Positions 55,077 to 63,730 of a stretch of DNA of 64,000 nt are shown in pieces; the stretch's first letter is position 1; each line of letters begins with the position of its first letter. Source of the DNA: a virus (Duplodnaviria; Caudoviricetes); IMG/VR virus record IMGVR_UViG_2844540631_000002, positions 14,262-78,261 of that record. The stretch is one strand, 5' to 3'. Both the position numbers and the translations under genes were made by a program. The notes below the pieces were generated by a model, which worked only from the letters and a program-made list of their open reading frames with translations, had not been told where the DNA came from and ran no database searches.

Positions 55077-57228
55077 GGCGCACCGCCTTCCCGCGCAGGG
55101 GGGCGGCGCGGATGACAGAGGCCAGGTTCTTGAGCCCGACGTTTTCCACCATGCGCGCCACCCGCTCCTGCGTGTCCTCGGCAACCGCCTTGTCCTTCTG
55201 GCGGAGTGCCTCCTCGCTACTCGCGAGGCTGGCGCGAGCGAGACGAGCGTCGAACTTCGCCTTGGCCAATGCGCGGGCGAGGCGCTGGAGGCGCATCGTC
55301 TTCGTGAGGGGCTGGCCCCAGCCATGCGGTCCGAAAATCAGCAACGTCCCGTTGGCGAGAACCCGCACCTCCTGGTCCTCCCACACCACTCGCTGCGGAG
55401 GCTTCCCCTCCAGCGCCGGGTCATGCCACATGGTGCACGCCCGGCCCTCGCCGTACTTGCACTCATCCGGCGTGCAGTGCTCGGCGTGCAGATCGGGCGT
55501 CGCGGGAGGCTCGTCAACCGGGCCTTCGATGAGCGGTTCCGCGGGCCCGGGCGTCATTCGCGCGCGTTGGTGGGCGTAGGCGTCGGCCGTCATCATCGCC
55601 ATGTTGCCCACGTCGGCGCACCGGGCGAGCAGTACTTCCGGTGAGACACGCGCGGCAAGGCCCAGTTCCACCTCGTCGGCTTCCTCTCGGACGCGGCGGA
55701 GGAGGGCGGCGGGCATGTCGCGCACCCAGCCCTCGTGTCCGCCCTTGCGCGGGCGGTGGTGGTCCAGCAGGCGGCGCATCTCCGCCGAGAAGGCCGTCAG
55801 CATGGGCCACAGGTCCACCGTGGGCTTCGGCTTGATGGCGGCGTGCTGCGTCCACGCCTTGTCGATGAGCGCCGCGTCCTGGGGAGGCAGCGGGCCCTCC
55901 TGCTCCACCAGGGGCTGGGCCAGGTCGCGGGCCAACTCTGCCAGTTCCTCGGCGAGGGCAGGGTTCTCACGCTGGTAGCGCTCCAGCGCGCCGGCCGGGT
56001 CCGCCTCCACGGCGAAGGCACTGAGGACGTCGTTACGGGAGGGCGGCTCCCCACCTCCCGGCCCGGACGGGGGCGTATCGAGGCCGAGGTCCTCGAAGAC
56101 AGCGTGCGTGGGAGGCAGCCACTTGCGCAGCACATCCACCACCCTGGCCTTGCTCAGCATCTCGCGTGGGGCGGGCGCCTCGCCATCGCCGAAGAGCACC
56201 CACCGCGCCACGGCCCCATCCGGGTCGCTGCCCCAAGAGTCGTGCGCGGCCTTGGCCTGTCCGGCGTGGTTGTTCAGCCGCTCCTCCGCCGCGCGGTACT
56301 TTGCGGCGTCCTCGTGGTCCGCCTTGCAGTTCGGGCAGGTGGAGTCCGGACCGTGCTCCCCGCCCTTCGCGGCGTCGTAGGCGGCGAGCAAGGCGCGGAC
56401 GTCGCCCAAGGTCACGTCCTCCACTGGGCGAGTACTCAGGTGCGCGGGCGAGTCATCCGAGAGGGCCAGCGCCGCCATGTCTCGCAACAGGCAGAGGAAC
56501 GGCTCCACCGCCTCCAGCAGCCCGGGCGGCGGGGTGGGCTGCGCGCCACGAGTGCGGATGCGTCCACCTGCCGGCGACGTCACCACCTCCGATGTTCCGG
56601 CGGTGGGCGCGGGGTGGGAGGCGCCGTAGCCCGCGCGGTGGCGCAGGTAGCCGCTGCCACCGCAGGCCCCGCAGTCCTTGCGCGGCATACTCCCCCAAAT
56701 GGCCGGGCGGCGGCAGTCGCACTCGACGGCCCCAGTGTCACCGGCCAGGAGTCGCCGTCGCTGCTCGCGGATGCGCTCGCGGTCCTCCACAAGCCACTGG
56801 ACGCGAGAGACGACGTCGGTGCGGTACTCCGTTTCCTCGTCGTCGGCATTGAGGCTCACCTTGCTGTCCACGCCCGCGGCAGTGAGGACGCCCTCCAGCC
56901 CCAGCACCCGCACGGCCTGGTCTCGGAGGCGAACGGCAGCGGCCATTGTCCTGGCCACCGTGCCGGTGGCCGGCATCGCGGCAATCCCAGCGCTGACCAT
57001 CTCGTAGTCCTGCGCCACCTCCTCGGGCGTGGGCGGGGGCTGCTGACCAACGAGCTCCCGCAACTTTCCGCGCTCCTCCTCGCTCAGCCCGGCCACCGCG
57101 CGGAGCAGGCGGTCGTTGTCCGACTTGAGCGCGTGACGGATGTACTGGCCCAGGTGGTAGGCGTTATTGCAGTTGGCGCAGTACTCCGACGTCAGGCTGT
57201 CGTGTCCGCACGGAAACTTCGTCGTCAT
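55069..57228 (-). CDS. Mosaic multidomain protein containing a MazG-like NTP pyrophosphohydrolase domain
   Basis: AFSAEM..LL....KGG...W...LLRRVREEADE...CADVGNMAMM at about 55575-55820; several Cys clusters. Confidence 0.65.
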   Translation of the reverse strand: MTTKFPCGHDSLTSEYCANCNNAYHLGQYIRHALKSDNDRLLRAVAGLSEEERGKLRELVGQQPPPTPEEVAQDYEMVSAGIAAMPATGTVARTMAAAVRLRDQAVRVLGLEGVLTAAGVDSKVSLNADDEETEYRTDVVSRVQWLVEDRERIREQRRRLLAGDTGAVECDCRRPAIWGSMPRKDCGACGGSGYLRHRAGYGASHPAPTAGTSEVVTSPAGGRIRTRGAQPTPPPGLLEAVEPFLCLLRDMAALALSDDSPAHLSTRPVEDVTLGDVRALLAAYDAAKGGEHGPDSTCPNCKADHEDAAKYRAAEERLNNHAGQAKAAHDSWGSDPDGAVARWVLFGDGEAPAPREMLSKARVVDVLRKWLPPTHAVFEDLGLDTPPSGPGGGEPPSRNDVLSAFAVEADPAGALERYQRENPALAEELAELARDLAQPLVEQEGPLPPQDAALIDKAWTQHAAIKPKPTVDLWPMLTAFSAEMRRLLDHHRPRKGGHEGWVRDMPAALLRRVREEADEVELGLAARVSPEVLLARCADVGNMAMMTADAYAHQRARMTPGPAEPLIEGPVDEPPATPDLHAEHCTPDECKYGEGRACTMWHDPALEGKPPQRVVWEDQEVRVLANGTLLIFGPHGWGQPLTKTMRLQRLARALAKAKFDARLARASLASSEEALRQKDKAVAEDTQERVARMVENVGLKNLASVIRAAPLRGKAVRRG

Positions 57229-57302
57229 GGTGGCACCTCGGGTCCTGCGTCGGTGAAGGGACAGCAGGGGCTGGGCGCGGCGAGGCGCCCAGCCCGGGAG
57301 GC

Positions 57303-57641
57303 TCAGAGTCCGGCCTCGAATGCGGCGCGGACGCGCGGCGTCAGGTTGTCGCCGCAGTACTCGAGGACGCGGGACTGGTAGCGCGCGGCTGCCTCGGAGG
57401 ACTGGTGGTCCCCGTCCTTCGCCCACTCCCTGCTGGCGCAGTCGGCCGCCACCAGGCGCTGGAGGCACGTCGTCTCACCGGAGGACCAGCCGGCGTAGTC
57501 ACCGCCGGCCACCTGATCCTCGGCCGCGTCGAAGCAATCCATCGAGGCCTGCGCCCTACGGTTCTGGGCGTCAGAGAATCTGCTGGGCTTCGGGCTCGCG
57601 CACCCAGCCATCACAACCAGCATCAACAGCAACCAGGGCAT
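57303..57641 (-). CDS. Lipoprotein
   Basis: MPWLLLMLVVMAG-C lipobox; four further Cys. Confidence 0.7.
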   Translation of the reverse strand: MPWLLLMLVVMAGCASPKPSRFSDAQNRRAQASMDCFDAAEDQVAGGDYAGWSSGETTCLQRLVAADCASREWAKDGDHQSSEAAARYQSRVLEYCGDNLTPRVRAAFEAGL

Positions 57642-57768
57642 CGTCAGCACTCCAAGACTACGGGTTGGGGGAGACAGCGCGGGCGGCCTGGGCAGCACCG
57701 CCCGCGCTCACGGCACAACGAGGGGACTGTGCTCGGGACGTCACCCGCCCGAGCCCGGGACGCGCGGG

Positions 57769-58335
57769 CTACAGCGGCAGAGGGATGGCTTCCTTCGCCA
57801 GCACCAAGGTTCCAACCGCGACGATGATTGCCACCTCACGGGGGCCAATCTTCTGCCCACCAAAGACCTTCCCGGCCGCCTCCTTGAAGTCGTCCCAGAG
57901 GTCGGCTTCCTTCACCTTGTTCATGCTCTGCTTTGACTTCGCCTCCTCTTGACCGGCGACCAGCATCAGCACCAGGCCCTGGTTGGGTGGGCCTCCCTTG
58001 GAGTCGCAGTGCTGGAGGGACAAACGGTTGTAGAATTCAGCGGCCTGGGCGAAGCGCGTCTTCTGCGCCGGGTCTTTTGCCAGCGCGGACATCTTCACCA
58101 TCACGATGTGACTGAGGTTGTAGAGGGCGCACCTCACCCCCTCGCGTGAGAGTCCCTCGCCGGGCTTGATGCCCGCCTTCTCGCCATGCTTGTCCAGCAG
58201 GGACTGAAGGGCCTTGGATGCGTCTGCCTTGAGTGCTTTCACCTCGTGCGGGTGGAGGCTCGGGGCGACATCCATCGCGTGCGCGGTGGACGTGGACAGC
58301 AGACAGACGAGTAACGCTGCGATGTGCAGTCGCAT
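57769..58335 (-). CDS. Secreted protein with hydrophobic C-terminal tail
   Basis: Signal MRLHIAALLVCLLSTSTAHA; C-terminus VAIIVAVGTLVLA. Confidence 0.65.
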   Translation of the reverse strand: MRLHIAALLVCLLSTSTAHAMDVAPSLHPHEVKALKADASKALQSLLDKHGEKAGIKPGEGLSREGVRCALYNLSHIVMVKMSALAKDPAQKTRFAQAAEFYNRLSLQHCDSKGGPPNQGLVLMLVAGQEEAKSKQSMNKVKEADLWDDFKEAAGKVFGGQKIGPREVAIIVAVGTLVLAKEAIPLPL

Positions 58336-58436
58336 TGATGCGGCTCCGTGTGTGTGATTGCTGCGTTGGGTGCTGCTTGGGACGGGCGTGTCGTGCCCGT
58401 CACGCGGCCCAGGGGCGCGCCCCCAGGCGAGGGCTC

Positions 58437-58868
58437 TCAGGCGGGCTCGTAGGCCTGCGTCTTCGAGCACCACGCCACGCGCTCGACGTGGGCGGGCAGG
58501 GCGTTGGCGGCGTCCGACAGCCGGTAGAACACCGACGCGTGCCGCCCGTCGGGGAAGATGACGTCGGCGACGCTCTGGTCGTCGCGGTAGAGCGCCAGCA
58601 GCACGCGACAACTCTCCCGGGTGACGCGCACCATCTGGGCGCCCACGGGAATCATCACCTCCGGGCCCACGCTGCCACCCGGGCCGACTTCCCACCCCGC
58701 TACTGGCGCCGCCAGCGTGTAGGCGGGCACCTTGTGCTTGGCCAACTGCTCTCGCGTGAGTCCTGGTTCTGACACGTCACTCTCCTGGTGCTGCGGGAAA
58801 AGTGCGGTGGCCCGGCCGGGTAGGGGGGGGCTGAACCCCGGCCGGGCACCGCGTGGCGTCTGCGTCAC
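58437..58868 (-). CDS. Hypothetical protein (start uncertain)
   Basis: ORF in leftward chain. Confidence 0.5.
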   Translation of the reverse strand: MTQTPRGARPGFSPPLPGRATALFPQHQESDVSEPGLTREQLAKHKVPAYTLAAPVAGWEVGPGGSVGPEVMIPVGAQMVRVTRESCRVLLALYRDDQSVADVIFPDGRHASVFYRLSDAANALPAHVERVAWCSKTQAYEPA

Positions 58869-59062
58869 GCCGTGAGGACTGCACCGCCGCGGCCAATCCG
58901 CGGCGGGTGTGGTGGCAGGCGGGGTAGATCGGCCCAGCGCCGAGAAGCGACTGGCCCGCCCGCCACCACGAAGAGGCCCCGCCCGTGTGGGCAGGGGGCG
59001 CGGGGAGCAGGGGCCGCTGCTCCGTCCGCGCGGTGCTGCTCAGCCGTCAGAGCCCGGCTCAC
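58865..59062 (-). CDS. Small hypothetical protein
   Basis: ATGA coupling. Confidence 0.35.
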   Translation of the reverse strand: MSRALTAEQHRADGAAAPAPRAPCPHGRGLFVVAGGPVASRRWADLPRLPPHPPRIGRGGAVLTA

Positions 59063-59972
59063 GTGTCGCCACGGGGGCCGCGCGGGCGAGGCGGAACTCG
59101 ACCTCGGCTTCGAGTTCTTCGAGGTTCTTCCGCATCGTTCTGCTCCAGCTTGCGCGGGGCTCCTCCATCAGCTTCTCGTTGGCCAAGTCGATGGCCGCGC
59201 CAAGCTCCTCGTCGCTCAACTCGGCGACGGGCCTCCCCTTGAGCGGGCCGAAGGCGACGACGGCGGAAGGGGCCCGGGGCTTCGGGGCGGCTGTGGGAGG
59301 CGCCTCGGCGGGCGTGGCCGACGCCTGACGTTCCTGCGCGGGCGCGGGCGCGGGCGGCTCGTCCACGCGCTCCAGCGTTGGAGCGGGCGGCTCCTCGGAC
59401 TTGGACTGGTTCTCGGCACGGGACGCGCGTGCCGCCTTGGACGACCCGCTGGCGGCCGGGTTGGCATCGAGTTCGTCCGGGTCGTAGGTACCCGCGAGCA
59501 GGTCCGGGTAGACGGCACGAGCGAGGGCAGAGGCGCACCGGGCGCGGAGCATCGCGTCTGGGTACTTCCGCCAGTTGTCCTTGTTCGTCACTCCGGCCGC
59601 CTGCGCCTGCTTGATGGTCCAAGTCAGAGTTGTCTCAGGCTGGCCGGTGCGCTTCGTCTTGTAGGTGGCGCGTTCCGCCGATGTCTCCACGAGGGTGAAG
59701 TGCTCGCACAACTCACGCCGAGATAGGCACAGGCCCACCATGAGGTCGGCGGCCATCACCGGCTTCCCGTCGATGACATGGATGCCGCGCAGCGCCTGCA
59801 TCGGCCCGAGCCCGAACTCGCGGCCGGTGAGCAGCACCACGAGCACGTCTCCCGCCTTCCCCCGTAGCGGCGCAGGGATAAGCGATGACTTCGCCAGTTG
59901 TTCCGCCGCCTTCATAAGCCCACCCATCAACTCGGGCCGAAACACCGCCATCGCGTCGTCTGCCATTGCCAT
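59040..59972 (-). CDS. recT: RecT-like single-strand annealing recombinase
   Basis: GLGPMQAL.GIHVIDGKP; WRKYPDAMLRARCASALARAVYPDLLAGTYDPDEL. Confidence 0.8.
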   Translation of the reverse strand: MAMADDAMAVFRPELMGGLMKAAEQLAKSSLIPAPLRGKAGDVLVVLLTGREFGLGPMQALRGIHVIDGKPVMAADLMVGLCLSRRELCEHFTLVETSAERATYKTKRTGQPETTLTWTIKQAQAAGVTNKDNWRKYPDAMLRARCASALARAVYPDLLAGTYDPDELDANPAASGSSKAARASRAENQSKSEEPPAPTLERVDEPPAPAPAQERQASATPAEAPPTAAPKPRAPSAVVAFGPLKGRPVAELSDEELGAAIDLANEKLMEEPRASWSRTMRKNLEELEAEVEFRLARAAPVATREPGSDG

Positions 59973-59977
59973 CCCTC

Positions 59978-60199
59978 TCACTCGTATTCCTCGCCAGCGG
60001 CCTGCTCGGCCCGGCGCAGTAGCTCTCTCAACTCGGCCTCTACTTCGTCGGCCTCGTCGTCCCACTCGATGTCACCGGCGCGGTGCTTGCCTTCGTGCCC
60101 GTACCGCAACTCGCACAGCACCCACGCGCGCTCGGGGTCCTCGGTGTATGCGTGGCATCGCTCGTCGAATCGCACTGAATCCCCGAGGTTGATACACAA
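59978..60199 (-). CDS. Small hypothetical protein
   Basis: C...C.L..GHEG.H motif. Confidence 0.45.
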   Translation of the reverse strand: MCINLGDSVRFDERCHAYTEDPERAWVLCELRYGHEGKHRAGDIEWDDEADEVEAELRELLRRAEQAAGEEYE

Positions 60200-60224
60200 A
60201 CACAGTACTCGGGGAGTCTGACTC

Positions 60225-60608
60225 TCAATGCTGCGTGGCCTCCATCTCGTTGATGCGCTCCACGCCCTCGTTCCACCCGCGCGTCCGCGCGTGCCACAAC
60301 TCGACGGAGAGCGCCGTCAGCAGTGCGCTTTCCTCGGTGTCCAGCTCGCGCAACACCTTGGCCTGCGCCGTCACCGTGCCCTGCAGTTCGCGCCAGCGAG
60401 ACTGCGTGTCGGGCGTGCCGTCGGGACGCAGCTGCGCCAGCTCGTCTTGCGCCGCGCGCAGCGCCTCGCGGGCCTGGGCTTTGCGCTCGGGGAGGGCGTC
60501 GGCCTCCTCCAGGCACTGCTGAATCCCGCCCACTTCGGACGGCCTCCACCACTTCTCCAACCGCCGCAGCTTTTTGGCCACGGTGCCCAACTCGCCCACG
60601 GCCGTCAT
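60225..60608 (-). CDS. Coiled-coil hypothetical protein
   Basis: Coupled chain. Confidence 0.55.
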   Translation of the reverse strand: MTAVGELGTVAKKLRRLEKWWRPSEVGGIQQCLEEADALPERKAQAREALRAAQDELAQLRPDGTPDTQSRWRELQGTVTAQAKVLRELDTEESALLTALSVELWHARTRGWNEGVERINEMEATQH

Positions 60609-60790
60609 CGCGCACCACCTTGTGCGGCTGCGTTGAGGTGGTTGAGCGCCGCGAGGATGGGGGCGAGGTCGCAGTCCTTCCGCTCGCGCTTGCCGCACCA
60701 GCGCCCGTGGCCCTGGTCCTCGATGGAGTTACGCACCCGGGCGTAGTCGGCAAGCAGCGGCGAGGTAGTGGGCGTCGGCGTGGTGCTCAT
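60605..60790 (-). CDS. Small hypothetical protein
   Basis: Coupled chain; GAGG RBS. Confidence 0.5.
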   Translation of the reverse strand: MSTTPTPTTSPLLADYARVRNSIEDQGHGRWCGKRERKDCDLAPILAALNHLNAAAQGGAR

Positions 60791-61302
60791 CGCGCCACCT
60801 CACGGCCCAGCGGGCGGTGCGCGCGGTACCAGCGGCGCCATGCAGGCTTGGCGACGACGCGCCAGCCGAAGCCGAGGAGGCCGATCCACCCGAAGGCCAG
60901 GGCCAAGCCGGCGAGTCCCAGCCAGGGGAGGAGCGCCCGGATCTGGGCGGCGCGCGGGGAGCACTCGACGCGTACTGGCTCGCGGCCCTCAGCCTCGGCC
61001 CGCTCCCGCTCGCGGTCGGAAATCGAGTCCAGCTCGTCACCCACCAGCAGGGCCACCAGGGACACGGTCAGCCCTGCCACCTGGGCAAGCGTCTGGGGCA
61101 GGGGTGCCGCGCCCAGCGTCGCGTGGTGCTGGGCCACCGTGGCTCCCAGGAGGAGCGTGCCGTACACCGCGCGCTCCACCATCCAGGTGCGCACGCCGGC
61201 TGCCTCGGCGCGGGACTCGAGCGTCAGCAGCGCACGCCTCGCCCAGGGGCCCGGGTCCTCTCGGTTGTCGACTACGAGGCAAAGCTCCGCCAGCAGCGCC
61301 AT
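60787..61302 (-). CDS. Membrane protein
   Basis: Several hydrophobic segments; AGGAGG RBS. Confidence 0.6.
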   Translation of the reverse strand: MALLAELCLVVDNREDPGPWARRALLTLESRAEAAGVRTWMVERAVYGTLLLGATVAQHHATLGAAPLPQTLAQVAGLTVSLVALLVGDELDSISDRERERAEAEGREPVRVECSPRAAQIRALLPWLGLAGLALAFGWIGLLGFGWRVVAKPAWRRWYRAHRPLGREVAR

Positions 61303-61384
61303 GGCGCCTCCTGCAAGGGATTGGGGTGGGGCCGGATGCGCTCCGGCGGGCGGGCTCCGCGGCGTGTGCGCGGGGCCGGGCCAC

Positions 61385-61525
61385 TCAGTCGTCGTCGTCG
61401 CCGATGAGTTCCAGCAGTTCCTCGGCAGCTCGACCCTGCCGCTTCTCCCCCTCAGTGAGCGGAGGAGGGTTTCTCCACTTCTCCAGCGCCTCTTCCACCG
61501 CCTGCTCCGCCTCTGCCTGCGTCAT
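61385..61525 (-). CDS. Small acidic protein, first gene of the leftward operon
   Basis: AGGGGG RBS; ORF. Confidence 0.45.
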   Translation of the reverse strand: MTQAEAEQAVEEALEKWRNPPPLTEGEKRQGRAAEELLELIGDDDD

Positions 61526-61640
61526 CGCTGCCCCCTGTGTCCTGCGTGCCTCGGCGTCCTCGCTGGCCACCCAGCTCGCGCACCGTCGCCGCCCCTCTCC
61601 CTCCCGGGAGCCCCGTCCGTCCGCCGTTCCAACGCAAACC

Positions 61641-61668
61641 ACTATAGCCACATGTGGCGCCAAATCAA
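61641..61668 (-). promoter_or_regulatory. Putative leftward early promoter with palindrome in the spacer
   Basis: TTGATT-N16-TATAGT; GCCACATGTGGC at 61647-58. Confidence 0.6.
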
Positions 61669-61784
61669 GTTCAAGTGCATGGTCTGAATGGTGCTCACGG
61701 TGTGGGTCTTGTTGGTGGTTGTGTTCTGGTGCATCTTGATGGTCGGCCTTGATGTCCTACCGGGGGCCACATAAGGAGGCCGTC

Positions 61785-62129
61785 ATGGGCGCTGTCGCCC
61801 TAAAGGAGGAGGGAATGTCGATGTTCGAGAGGCGTGGGCCCCTGGACGTCATCGTCAAGCAGCACGCGCGGATGCCGAAGCGCGAGTGGCTGAAGCTCCA
61901 GGTCATCAGGAACCGTGAGCGCGCGTCAGGGGCGGTGTCACCACTCACTGGGCGCAAGGTGTCGAGGAACGACACGCTGTGGGCCATCGTGGTGCGTGGC
62001 CTGGCGGACTACGAGAAGGAGCACGGTCCGATCGTCGTCAGCGAGCACGACGCGCTGGACGACGGTGACGAGGACGCCAAGCCAGAGAAGGCGCCGCGCA
62101 CGAAGAAGGCAGCGAAGAAGACTCCGTGA
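61785..62129 (+). CDS. Arc/RHH-like regulator, candidate repressor
   Basis: AAGGAGG RBS; KQHARMPKREWLKL...VSRNDTLWAIVVRGL; divergent from the early operon. Confidence 0.5.
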   Translation: MGAVALKEEGMSMFERRGPLDVIVKQHARMPKREWLKLQVIRNRERASGAVSPLTGRKVSRNDTLWAIVVRGLADYEKEHGPIVVSEHDALDDGDEDAKPEKAPRTKKAAKKTP

Positions 62130-63098
62130 GTGAGGTCCGGCAATAGCGGTACAGTCCGCCAGCCCGGCCGTCTGCTGGGCGAGCTGGGCGGGGAGGCCCG
62201 TGGGATGAATGGACAGGCGCGTGGTACGTCGGTACGCGCGGACGGCGCTGGGCCGTACCGTTTCGGCCAACGGCTGAAGGGACTGAAATGGCTGAGTCGG
62301 TACCTCGGCGAAGTCTACCGGGCCCGCCACAGCGAGACGGAGCAGCCGGAGCTCGTGCTGTTGCGCAAGCGGCGGGGCCGATTCGCGGGCCGGCTCCGCT
62401 TGCGCATTGAGCCGGGCTACATCGGGCTCCGTCTCGCGCTGCCCTCAGTGCCTGATGACCTGGCGGCCGTCAGGAGAGATGTGCTGATGGCGATGCGGGA
62501 TGCGAGGGAGACACTAGAGGTGGCGGGGCAACAGCCTGGCGTGCTCGAGGACTTGCTGTCCCCGGTGCCGTTGGGGCAGGCGGCGCACGTGATGCCGGCG
62601 GCTGCCGCGGAATCGGCGGACCCTGCGCACGTTGCCGGCGAGGTGCCGCCGGTCGCCGCCACTGCTACACCGTCAGCGCGGTTCGTCCGCCGGCACGGGC
62701 TCCGCTCAATAGCTGCCGTCGCAGCTGTCGCCGGACTCGCTGCGTGGCTCCTGCCGTTCGAGATCGACGGGGCGCGCGCGCCTCGGAACGAGGACATCGT
62801 CTACGTGGCTGCTCAGCCCGATGACCTTGCATGGGCTGATGTGGTGCACGGCGCCACAACACCTGCTCCGCTGCGTCTTGAGAAGCGGCTGGTGGTGCCA
62901 AAGGAGCCATACCCCAATCAGGCCACTGCTCCCTGCACTGGCAGGAGCGTCAACCTCAACGGGGGGTGCTGGTACGCACTCGAGGACCGTCCGCCGTGCC
63001 CCCCCAAGGCAGCCGAGAAGCCGGGCACAGGGAAGTGCTGGGTCCCCGTGGCGAAGGACCCGGACGAAGCCGTGATTCCGAACACCATCTGGCGGTAG
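62130..63098 (+). CDS. Membrane protein with kinase N-lobe remnant and myxobacterial Cys-rich C-terminus
   Basis: GPYRFG...LGEVYRARH; TM; PKEPYPNQ..PC...NLNGGCW...PPC...KCWVPV; start uncertain. Confidence 0.6.
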   Translation: MRSGNSGTVRQPGRLLGELGGEARGMNGQARGTSVRADGAGPYRFGQRLKGLKWLSRYLGEVYRARHSETEQPELVLLRKRRGRFAGRLRLRIEPGYIGLRLALPSVPDDLAAVRRDVLMAMRDARETLEVAGQQPGVLEDLLSPVPLGQAAHVMPAAAAESADPAHVAGEVPPVAATATPSARFVRRHGLRSIAAVAAVAGLAAWLLPFEIDGARAPRNEDIVYVAAQPDDLAWADVVHGATTPAPLRLEKRLVVPKEPYPNQATAPCTGRSVNLNGGCWYALEDRPPCPPKAAEKPGTGKCWVPVAKDPDEAVIPNTIWR

Positions 63099-63730
63099 CA
63101 GGACTTGACGTCCGCCGCAGGTCGGACCCATAGTGACTTCCGCAACATAGAAGTACCTCGCTGACGACTAGCAGCGAGTCTCCCACAGGCCGCTTAGGCG
63201 GCACGACCTTAGAGCGTTGGGCAACCCAGGCAGATGCTGGGGGCGGACGCTCCGGTGGCGCGCGCACGGACTAGTCGACGTGCGCGTGCCCACCGTCTTT
63301 CTCAGGGGCGTTGCGTGGACCGCCAACCGACAACAGGCTGGGACGTTGAGAGCGCTGGGGACGGGACTGCACCGTCCTGTTGTCGGACGGCAATCCCAAA
63401 CGCCGGACATTCGTTGCCATTTAATGGCAATCGTAGTGAGTGCGATGCGGTGTCTCAGAGTGAAATCGCGTCACTCGGGACAGACACCGGAATCACGTAT
63501 CTGTCGACAGGTGTGTTTCGTGTCGCTGGTGCGTCAAGGAAAATCAGCGTTGCCGTATTGAAACATAACGTGTGTTTCATTAGGGTGACAGATGGCGGCG
63601 CTGTGGAACGCTCCTGGCGCGGCTTCCTTCCAGAAATTGGCAGTGAATGTGCATCGGCCCATGCACAACTTGCCGGCGGGCGTCGACCTGCCGAGGCATC
63701 TGATAGGATGTTCAGTGGGGGATGTCAGTG

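Noticed and set aside
58823-58830. Second G8 run as a phase-variation site
   Set aside because: No flanking promoter boxes found and the gene start is uncertain
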